The translations under genes were made by a program, and so were the position numbers. A stretch of DNA of 42,282 nucleotides from a virus. Taxonomy: Duplodnaviria; Caudoviricetes. The stretch spans positions 1 to 42,282 of IMG/VR virus record IMGVR_UViG_3300023252_000006; one strand, written 5' to 3'. The notes beneath the pieces are model-generated. The model was not told the origin of the DNA. It searched no databases and was given only the letters and a program-made list of their open reading frames with translations. Shown here piece by piece: positions 26,574 through 33,483 of the stretch. The first letter of the stretch is position 1. Each line of letters starts with the position of its first letter.

Positions 26574-27954
26574 TGGTAACCTTCCTCGGAGCGTAGCGCT
26601 GCGCCATGCTGGTTACCTTGCTCGGAGCCTGTTCCACAGGTTCTGGCTTCCAACCGGCAGCGAGGTTTTCAAAGCGGTTGTACTGGCCGAGAAATGCGGC
26701 ACGAACCGTTCCCATCTCAATGTCCCTGCCCTTGCCAATGATGATTTCGGCGATGCCTTTGTGTTCGGTGTTTTCGTGATACACCTCGTCTCGGTACACG
26801 AACAGGATCACGTCAGCGTCTTGCTCGATGGCACCGGACTCGCGCAGATCCGACGGTACAGGGCGCTTGTTCGGGCGCTTCTCGCACTCCCGAGAAAGCT
26901 GGCTGAGCAATACGACAGGGATGCCAAGCTCTTTGGCTAGCAGCTTGCAGCCGCGACTGATACTGCTGACCTCTTCGGTACGATTGCCTCCCTCGCCTTC
27001 CAACAACTGCAAGTAATCGATCATCAGAAGGTCAAGCCCGTAACGCAGCTTGTGGCGGCGGGCCAAAGCCCGGATGCGGCCAATCGATGAACCGGCACGA
27101 TCCGCGATGTACAGGGGCGCACGGCGCAGCACACCTGCCGCTGCTGCCAGCTCCGCGCCATGGCTTTGACAGGCCGTGCCGTTCTTCACCAGGCTCAACG
27201 GAATTCGGCCTTCGGAGGCGATCGCCCTGTCAATCAACTGCCCCTTATTCATCTCCAGGCTGATGACCAGCGCCGACTTGCTCTGCCGCACCGCCGTATC
27301 CACCACGAACCCCATGGCAAGTGTGGTTTTCCCCATGGCGGGACGACCCGCAACGATGTACAGATGGTCTGGCTGCAGGCCGCCTATTTTCTCATCGAGA
27401 TCCGACAGCCCTGTGGAAAGTCCGATCAGTGTTTCGCCGCGGGCATGGCGGTCATGACGCTCCTGCCAAACCTCCAGCTGATCTGCTAGGGCATCACCGG
27501 CCTTCACAATGTCGTCATCACCCGAACCGCAGTCGATCGCCAGGGCGGCCGCCTGAACGGCCGCGATCTTCGCTTGCAGGTCCTGGCTACCGTGGGCAAT
27601 TTCCATCGCCTGACTACCAAGGTCGTAGAGTGCCCGCTCGACAGCTCGCTCCCTGACGATCGCGGCGTAACTCTTGGCGTTAGCGACACTCGGGGTGTTC
27701 TTGACGATTTCGGCGCAGTACGCATAGCCCGGACTACCGTCGGCGAGCGCACCAACGTGGTTACCGACGGTCAGAAAGTCCACGGAGTGCCCAACAGCCC
27801 GAACGGCCATAATGCTGCGGTACACATCGGCGTTTTCGGCGAAGTAGAACGCCTCTGCAGACAAGTCTTCTGAGAGCGTGTCGATGAGTTCAGGGCGCTG
27901 CATCATCGCGCCCAACAGGCCGTGCTCAGCCTCAACGCTGTAGGGATCACGCAT
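26566..27954 (-). CDS. dnaB: Replicative DNA helicase DnaB
   Basis: EAEH.LLG, GRPAMGKT, SLEM, IDYLQL, LSQLSR, DLRESGAIEQDAD. Confidence 0.96.
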   Translation of the reverse strand: MRDPYSVEAEHGLLGAMMQRPELIDTLSEDLSAEAFYFAENADVYRSIMAVRAVGHSVDFLTVGNHVGALADGSPGYAYCAEIVKNTPSVANAKSYAAIVRERAVERALYDLGSQAMEIAHGSQDLQAKIAAVQAAALAIDCGSGDDDIVKAGDALADQLEVWQERHDRHARGETLIGLSTGLSDLDEKIGGLQPDHLYIVAGRPAMGKTTLAMGFVVDTAVRQSKSALVISLEMNKGQLIDRAIASEGRIPLSLVKNGTACQSHGAELAAAAGVLRRAPLYIADRAGSSIGRIRALARRHKLRYGLDLLMIDYLQLLEGEGGNRTEEVSSISRGCKLLAKELGIPVVLLSQLSRECEKRPNKRPVPSDLRESGAIEQDADVILFVYRDEVYHENTEHKGIAEIIIGKGRDIEMGTVRAAFLGQYNRFENLAAGWKPEPVEQAPSKVTSMAQRYAPRKVTNV

Positions 27955-28648
27955 GATAGTTGCCCTCCACCACCTTCACGAAATTGGAGGGTGCGATCAG
28001 CCAGTCGAACGAAGCCCGGAATGGTGTCGATCCAGGCTTCCCGGTCGAACGGCCCATCAGGAAATCAGATTGTGCGATCGTGCCGAAGTACTCGACCCAG
28101 AAATCCAAGCTTTGGTGAACATCGCTTTGGGTCCAGCGGGCACGAAGTTGTTTCTTGCGTGCTTCGGAGACAAGAATCACTGCTGGCAGAGCGGGTGTGA
28201 GCAGCTTGTTGAACAGATCAACGATGTCCTGAACCGGGCAAGACGGAGAGCGCGAAACGCGGTCGCCATCCTGTGGCGGTTCAATTGATGGTTCTATTAC
28301 GGTTCTGGGTGCAGCTGCTGCGGGGGTTTCTGTCGTGAGCTGCGGGGGTGGTAGTGCATCTGGTGCGGGGTGCATCTCCTGCGGGGGTGCGTATGCTGCC
28401 GGGGTCAGGGTGTACATAGTGGACCGGCCCATACGTTCACGAACAGACAAAATGCCAACGTGCACCAACCACTTGATGGCGCCTTGAACAGTCCTTTCTG
28501 CGAGACAGGTACGCTCAGCGATACGAGCAACAGATGGCCAGCAGACTCCTTCGTCATTGGCGTTGTCTGCCAGCGAGATCAGTACGGCCTTTTGGGGCCC
28601 ACTCATGCCCTGCAACGGCCAGCACATACTCATGATGATGGTGCTCAT
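27947..28648 (-). CDS. Replication initiator (lambda O analogue, N-terminal wHTH)
   Basis: VLISLADNANDEGVCWPSV..IAERT, C-terminal FDWL..P.NF.KV.EGNY; upstream of DnaB. Confidence 0.85.
   Translation of the reverse strand: MSTIIMSMCWPLQGMSGPQKAVLISLADNANDEGVCWPSVARIAERTCLAERTVQGAIKWLVHVGILSVRERMGRSTMYTLTPAAYAPPQEMHPAPDALPPPQLTTETPAAAAPRTVIEPSIEPPQDGDRVSRSPSCPVQDIVDLFNKLLTPALPAVILVSEARKKQLRARWTQSDVHQSLDFWVEYFGTIAQSDFLMGRSTGKPGSTPFRASFDWLIAPSNFVKVVEGNYHA
28278..28405. repeat. Putative origin: iterons plus GGTTC repeats inside the initiator gene
   Basis: GTGC-N6-TGC(G/C)GGG units at 28309, 28354, 28370 and 28387, partial CTGCGGGGGT at 28340; three GGTTC repeats with AT-rich spacers at 28278-28305. 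Confidence 0.65.
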
Positions 28649-28866
28649 ACAGAAACATCCTGGACAGGCGCCAGCGATGCCTTCAAATGATCAAGGCACA
28701 GCCGGCTGAATTGATACTTCGCCGCGCGCGAATACTGGGTTCGCACCAATAGAGCGGCACGCATTGCGGCGGATTGGTGGGGTTCTGAGTGTCGCGACAC
28801 GTTTTGGTCAGTCGCAAAACGTGTCGCAGGAATTGGGGTATTGCCGGGGGTGACGTTCGTGTTCAT
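28645..28866 (-). CDS. Hypothetical protein
   Basis: GAGGGG RBS; stop overlaps initiator start. Confidence 0.65.
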   Translation of the reverse strand: MNTNVTPGNTPIPATRFATDQNVSRHSEPHQSAAMRAALLVRTQYSRAAKYQFSRLCLDHLKASLAPVQDVSV

Positions 28867-28892
28867 ACTGGCCCCTCAAGTGTTGTTTTAAG

Positions 28893-28920
28893 AAGCCGGT
28901 CTAGCCACCGGCTTTTTTTT
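28893..28920 (+). terminator. Intrinsic terminator oriented against the PR operon
   Basis: AAGCCGGT-CTAGCC-ACCGGC followed by T8. Confidence 0.7.
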
Positions 28921-29004
28921 GCCTGCGATTCAGGCGTTATGGGTGTCCGGCGCATCCGTGGTAGCTTTCTGCTTCCACACGAAAAGGCCTCGGAGGCCAG
29001 ACAG

Positions 29005-29412
29005 ATGAAACCCAGGGAAATCAATTACGAAGGCATGTGGTACAGAGCCGTCGACGACCAAGAAGAAGCCATCAAGAAGCTTCCGCGCTCCCTCGAAAGC
29101 TATGATTCCAAGCGTGCGCGACTGGCTTTTGGCATCTACAAACTGCAGTGCTTTTGCGAGCGCCTGGTCGCCAAATATGCAAGCCCTTGGCTTGAGCTCA
29201 GCCTTGTCGAGGCAGGCCGCTTGTTTGTAATCAACAAACATCATTGGCACCCTTCACAAGTGAATGAACTGAACCTCGTTGACCTACTCCTTCTGCTTCA
29301 TGAGGAACTGGTTGAGATGAAGCTGACGAAGGAAGAGTTTGAGCCTGTTCACAATTGGGCGATGCACTTGGACTGCTATGTTGACCTTGAGGCATCGGCG
29401 TCCAATCCTTGA
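29005..29412 (+). CDS. Inverted phage protein in the cII slot (resembles ECs1072-type phage proteins)
   Basis: GGAGG RBS, extended -10 TGGTAGCTT upstream; Y..PW..L....A.....KHHW.P..V..L...D.LLLL.EEL pattern. Confidence 0.7.
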   Translation: MKPREINYEGMWYRAVDDQEEAIKKLPRSLESYDSKRARLAFGIYKLQCFCERLVAKYASPWLELSLVEAGRLFVINKHHWHPSQVNELNLVDLLLLLHEELVEMKLTKEEFEPVHNWAMHLDCYVDLEASASNP

Positions 29413-29520
29413 TTACTGGGAGCACCCTCCCAACCGAAGGGTCTAGGAAAGAAATCCCAGGCCTTTTCGGTTTAAAAAAACGAACGATTGCATCAATCAT
29501 CTCCAACCCCTTCCTTTGCA

Positions 29521-29536
29521 CTGTATGGATTTACAG
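29521..29536. promoter_or_regulatory. SOS (LexA) box just downstream of cro
   Basis: CTGTATGGATTTACAG, CTG-N10-CAG with AT-rich core. Confidence 0.7.
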
Positions 29537-29541
29537 CTATT

Positions 29542-29826
29542 TCACATCGCTACGGGCGCAACGCCTGGTGGCGCATAATTCGTCTCGGCCGCCAAAGACT
29601 TCTTTGGCTGGGCTTCGGAAAGCAGCCAGTCGATATCAAACGTTTTGCCCTTAGCGGCGGCCAATTCGGCAATCTTTTTGGCGTATTGGGTTTCGCCGGT
29701 GTAGTCAGTGCGCGGCAGCGCATCGGCTTCAAGCCATTTGTAAACAGCTCTGGGGGTTTTGCCGCAGGCCAAAGCAACAGCTGAAACCCCGCCGGCAGCA
29801 TCGATCGATTTCTTGAGCGGCCGCAT
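29542..29826 (-). CDS. cro: Cro-like repressor
   Basis: AGGVSAVALACGKTPRAVYKW HTH, LPRTDYTGET; divergent from cI; GGAGG RBS. Confidence 0.85.
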   Translation of the reverse strand: MRPLKKSIDAAGGVSAVALACGKTPRAVYKWLEADALPRTDYTGETQYAKKIAELAAAKGKTFDIDWLLSEAQPKKSLAAETNYAPPGVAPVAM

Positions 29827-29844
29827 AAGGCCTCCGGGTCATTT

Positions 29845-29918
29845 ATGAACTTACAGTACATATTATGTCGGAACTGAAAGTACATGCAAGCACGTGTAAC
29901 CATGTACCCATGGTTCAA
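29845..29918. promoter_or_regulatory. Right operator: three 17-bp sites
   Basis: ATGAACTTACAGTACAT (29845), CGGAACTGAAAGTACAT (29869), ATGTACCCATGGTTCAA (29902); consensus ATGWAC-N5-GTWCAT. Confidence 0.8.
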
Positions 29919-30650
29919 ATAGAAGAATTACGCGCAGCGTTCGTCGCTCGCCTGAAAAAGGCACTGGCCGAAAAAGAAATCCCCGAGTGGGGCGCTGGTG
30001 CTCGCCTAGCAAAAATGGCCGGCGTCACACCTAAAGCCACCAGCAAATGGATGAATGGAGAGTCGATGCCTGGTGGAGCGAAGATGCTCGCCGTGGCCAA
30101 TGCTCTTGGAGTGCGTGTCGAATGGCTGGAGTACGGTCGCGGAGAGATGAAAGAAACGTCAGCCACCCTCCAAGTCGAGGACGCACGAACTCCTCCGAGA
30201 GGTTTTGAGCTGAAGGACGACCCAAGTTATACAGGCGTACTCCAACTCACCGCGCGAGGCTCGACAGGATCCGGCGAAGACAACAGTCATGTCGAAATTC
30301 GTGGCGTCATGGCGTTCAAATCTTCTTGGTTGCGCGCTAATAATCTCAACCAGAGACACCTCGACGTAATCTACGCGAACGGTCACAGCATGGAACCGAC
30401 CATCAACGATGGTGACGTGTTGCTGGTGGACGAGTCGACGATAGAACCGAAGGACGGTCAGATATTTGCCATGCAAAGCGCTACGAAGGGAACAATCGTG
30501 AAGCGTCTGGTGAAGTCGGATATCGGCGGTTGGATAATTCGAAGCGACAACCAGGACAAAGCGCGCTACGGGGATGAGGCGCTGCGTGACGGCGAAATAA
30601 ACGAAGTGCGAATCATCGGTCGCGTAGTATGGCGCGGCGGAATGATCTAA
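29910..30650 (+). CDS. cI: CI-like repressor (HTH + S24 peptidase); probably starts at ATG 29910
   Basis: HTH (LAKMAGVTPKATSKW), GHSMEP catalytic Ser, IVKRL Lys, IIGRVVW. Confidence 0.92.
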   Translation: MVQIEELRAAFVARLKKALAEKEIPEWGAGARLAKMAGVTPKATSKWMNGESMPGGAKMLAVANALGVRVEWLEYGRGEMKETSATLQVEDARTPPRGFELKDDPSYTGVLQLTARGSTGSGEDNSHVEIRGVMAFKSSWLRANNLNQRHLDVIYANGHSMEPTINDGDVLLVDESTIEPKDGQIFAMQSATKGTIVKRLVKSDIGGWIIRSDNQDKARYGDEALRDGEINEVRIIGRVVWRGGMI

Positions 30651-30667
30651 AGCATCCGAATCAAATC

Positions 30668-30692
30668 AACCCGGCCAAGCGCCGGGTTTTTT
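30668..30692 (+). terminator. cI terminator
   Basis: AACCCGGC-CAAGC-GCCGGGTTTTTT. Confidence 0.85.
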
Positions 30693-30709
30693 GTGCCCCA
30701 AGGAAAAAT

Positions 30710-30753
30710 ATGTACTTTTGGTACTTGACCGTTATGAACCATTGGTACATATT
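30710..30753 (+). promoter_or_regulatory. Left operator (two sites) and PL
   Basis: ATGTACTTTTGGTACTT (30710) and ATGAACCATTGGTACAT (30734) overlap TTGACC-N17-CATATT. Confidence 0.78.
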
Positions 30754-30761
30754 TGCTCCAT

Positions 30762-30875
30762 CGCCGGATAACAACCGGCCAGATGGAAGGCAGCGATGAA
30801 CCGGCCTGAACGGTTCAGAGGGTTGGCAACTGACCCGGGCGTGCAGCGTAAAGCGCCAAATCCAGTTATCCGGCG
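30762..30875 (+). ncRNA. Candidate structured leader RNA (multibranch)
   Basis: Perfect 11-bp closing stem CGCCGGATAAC/GTTATCCGGCG enclosing three hairpins. Confidence 0.5.
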
Positions 30876-31007
30876 GACGGTGTCGCGGTCGGACGAACAA
30901 CTTGAATGAGCCCGTACCGCGCCAGCAGCGCCGAAGGGACACGGTGTTTTTCACTGATGCGCCTGGCCCGCCGGGCGCATTGGGAAATCAACCGAGAGGC
31001 ACACAGC

Positions 31008-31313
31008 ATGGAATCAATCATCAAGAGCGGCACATGGATCGGCCATCTCGGCCGTGGGCTTGCTCGCAGAGAACTTCAGTTTTTGCTTTTAGTCGCCCAG
31101 GGCTTTACCGCCAAACAGATCGCCCGATCTCACGATGTTGAGCCGGGGACGGTCGCCAAGCGGATCTCCAACGCCATGTTCAAGCTGGGCGTTCATCGCC
31201 AATCGGCTGCGGTCGCGGAGGCCATGCGGCGGGAAATCATCGTAGGACAGGTAGACGGTCCGAATCCTCAAGGTCCAGTTGGGGAATCGAACGATGGTGT
31301 TTTTATCGCTTAA
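31008..31313 (+). CDS. LuxR-type HTH regulator
   Basis: LARRELQFLLLVAQGFTAKQIA....PGTV.KRI.NAMFKLGV; GAGAGG RBS. Confidence 0.85.
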   Translation: MESIIKSGTWIGHLGRGLARRELQFLLLVAQGFTAKQIARSHDVEPGTVAKRISNAMFKLGVHRQSAAVAEAMRREIIVGQVDGPNPQGPVGESNDGVFIA

Positions 31314-31544
31314 ACGACGGCAAGGCATCACTGCTGCACCTTGGCGACAGGGTGCATCGGGATGCGGACGAAACTGCGGCCTATAACCGCCCACCTGCAT
31401 GCAGCACCAGCTGATTACGGCGAGCGCCCGCCAAGATGCCAACGGCGCGACAGTGAGGGTGATCGCCATGAAATAGACCATGACCAAAGCCCTCCAGCGG
31501 GAGGCACTTTCACCCCCTTCACGTAGGGAGGTCTACGTGAAGAC

Positions 31545-31575
31545 GAAAGCCCGGGTGCTACCGGGCTTTCTTTTG
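31545..31575 (+). terminator. Intrinsic terminator within PL operon (tL-like)
   Basis: GAAAGCCCGG-GTGCTA-CCGGGCTTTCTTTTG. Confidence 0.8.
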
Positions 31576-31678
31576 TCCGGCGTTTATCCGTCAGCACTCC
31601 CCCCTGCGCCCAACGGCAAACAGCAGGCGGCGCCGAGTGCTGACGAATGAACGCAACTCCACCACCGAGGGATCAGCC

Positions 31679-31954
31679 ATGCAAATGCACCCACTAATGC
31701 AACAGCGCGTCGATGTTCTGCGCGTCCTGATGATTCGCACCCAGGCAGCGCGCGAGACGTTCGCACGGCTCGCCGGCCTGGTGATGCCGGAGAAGAAGGT
31801 GCGCTTCCAGGTGAAGACGGTTGGCAAGGCTTTCCACGTTGTGGATCTGTCCACCGGCAAGACCAAGGCATTCCGCTGGACCTACAAAGCGGCACTGGAC
31901 ATGGCGATTCAGTTCGAAGAAAAGGCCAACCGGCCAAAGGGAGATGAGCAGTGA
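31679..31954 (+). CDS. Hypothetical early protein
   Basis: GAGGGA RBS; coupled to next gene. Confidence 0.75.
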   Translation: MQMHPLMQQRVDVLRVLMIRTQAARETFARLAGLVMPEKKVRFQVKTVGKAFHVVDLSTGKTKAFRWTYKAALDMAIQFEEKANRPKGDEQ

Positions 31955-32262
31955 TTGGAGTGCCCATGCCAAACCCGCGCGATCAGTTGATCGACAACCT
32001 GAATCAGCAGCTGGATCAGTTCTTCGGCGCCGGAAAGCAGGTTCAACACGTCGAGCCGGGCGTAACCGGTGAGCGCGAACTGACGTTCGGCACGGCCCAC
32101 GGCAGAAAGCTGCGGGCCGAGCGGGACAAGTTGGCACCAGCCCTGAAGAGTCTGGCCGAAAACGGCGCCACGCTGTACCAGGCCGCAACCGAAGTCGGCA
32201 TCGATCACAAGCGCGCGAAGCTGATTGCTCGCGAAAACGACTTCACGTACGCCGATTCATGA
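31951..32262 (+). CDS. Hypothetical early protein (possible C-terminal HTH)
   Basis: GTGA overlap; ATLYQAATEVGI. Confidence 0.72.
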   Translation: MIGVPMPNPRDQLIDNLNQQLDQFFGAGKQVQHVEPGVTGERELTFGTAHGRKLRAERDKLAPALKSLAENGATLYQAATEVGIDHKRAKLIARENDFTYADS

Positions 32263-32450
32263 GGCGGATGATCAACCGGGCGGCCACACGCCGCCGACAG
32301 ACCTGGCTGGACTTGCGGGCCAGCGGAATTGAAGAGGTAGGCCATGGCCGAGGAAAAGGAACTGACGGAGGAAGCCAAGAAGCAGCGCAGGAAGCGCGAG
32401 AAGGCAGCAGCAAAAGACGCTGCATTGGGCGTAGAGAAGTTTACGGTTGA
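32259..32450 (+). CDS. Small basic hypothetical protein (3' part overlaps next gene)
   Basis: ATGA coupling to upstream gene. Confidence 0.4.
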   Translation: MRRMINRAATRRRQTWLDLRASGIEEVGHGRGKGTDGGSQEAAQEAREGSSKRRCIGRREVYG

Positions 32451-32712
32451 AGTGGCCGGGGTGTTCAAGCCCGACCTCAAGCGTCTGATGAAGGAACACG
32501 GCTTCAACAACCAGCAGGAGGTGTATCAGAACCTGTTGCGCAACGTGATCGCCGCGGATTTCGCAACGGCGGCGGTGATGCTCAGGAGTGTCACGACACC
32601 TTTTGTTATTGTTGAAAAGGTGTCGCAGGATTTCCGCAACGAAAGCTTGCGAATCCTGCACGGCTCACCAGGTGAGCCAGATGACGAGATTATTTGCCCG
32701 CTATCGCCTTGA
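32344..32712 (+). CDS. Hypothetical early protein
   Basis: GAGGT RBS; basic N-helix followed by GVEKF. Confidence 0.72.
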   Translation: MAEEKELTEEAKKQRRKREKAAAKDAALGVEKFTVEVAGVFKPDLKRLMKEHGFNNQQEVYQNLLRNVIAADFATAAVMLRSVTTPFVIVEKVSQDFRNESLRILHGSPGEPDDEIICPLSP

Positions 32713-32908
32713 ACTGATCCCAAGCGCCTACCAGCTCTTTCCGAGCATCGGCGACATGAGGGCGATCCAGCTCCACGAACTTGCTGTAACGCTGAATAAT
32801 CTCACGGGACTCTTGGTGCAGTGTTTCGTGGTTGATACCAAGCTTTTCAGCTGCAGCAAACGCCGCCACAAGCGCCTGTTCCAATGCAATTTCACGATCA
32901 GTCGCCAT
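32690..32908 (-). CDS. Inverted small helical moron (72 aa)
   Basis: GGAG RBS before MATDREIALEQAL. Confidence 0.65.
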   Translation of the reverse strand: MATDREIALEQALVAAFAAAEKLGINHETLHQESREIIQRYSKFVELDRPHVADARKELVGAWDQFKAIAGK

Positions 32909-33118
32909 TTTCGCACTCCATTCGGCCTCATGCCGAAAGGAAAACATAACCGAATTGACACGATAGTGCCATTAAACTGTGCCTGTCATACGTTGCGCAG
33001 CACCGCGCACGGTCTTAACGCTTCGCTAGCATGTCGAGACCGAAAATTGTATTTAAGGAAAAGTGGCCGCGGCAGCTTGAAGAGTTCGCCGCGACCGGAG
33101 TTGAGTAGAATTAAATGC

Positions 33119-33400
33119 CTACTGTGACCCACTAGGAACGCCTTTACCGAACCAAGTTTTCTCGCAATAGTCCTTGAGACGCTCAATGACTACTGAGTCG
33201 TCAGGATTTTCAACCTCAATAAGTAGCTGCTGAAGAATATTTACCTTGGCTTCTGTTTCCCGGTCGTAGATCGTCGCAATCCTACGAGCTCGCCAAATCT
33301 CAACCCCGTAATCCCGTTCTCCGGGACGAACAGCGAGGATGTCGTCGAACTTACGAAGCTCGATGGTTTTTAGTTCGTCTTCATTGACCACGGTAATCAT
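33119..33400 (-). CDS. Inverted moron, hypothetical (93 aa)
   Basis: AGGAGA RBS, lower GC. Confidence 0.68.
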   Translation of the reverse strand: MITVVNEDELKTIELRKFDDILAVRPGERDYGVEIWRARRIATIYDRETEAKVNILQQLLIEVENPDDSVVIERLKDYCEKTWFGKGVPSGSQ

Positions 33401-33483
33401 CGTATCTCCTATTTCCGGCTCCATGCCGGGCCGAACACAAATACCCCACTTCTACGAATCACGCCAGCCGGCGAGGATCCCCT

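Noticed and set aside
28645-28866. Possible remnant of a Rha/antirepressor gene
   Set aside because: Only a vague N-terminal resemblance; no Rha or KilAC domain present
31360-31380. GGACGAAAC, resembling a hammerhead ribozyme core
   Set aside because: No CUGAnGA segment at the required upstream position
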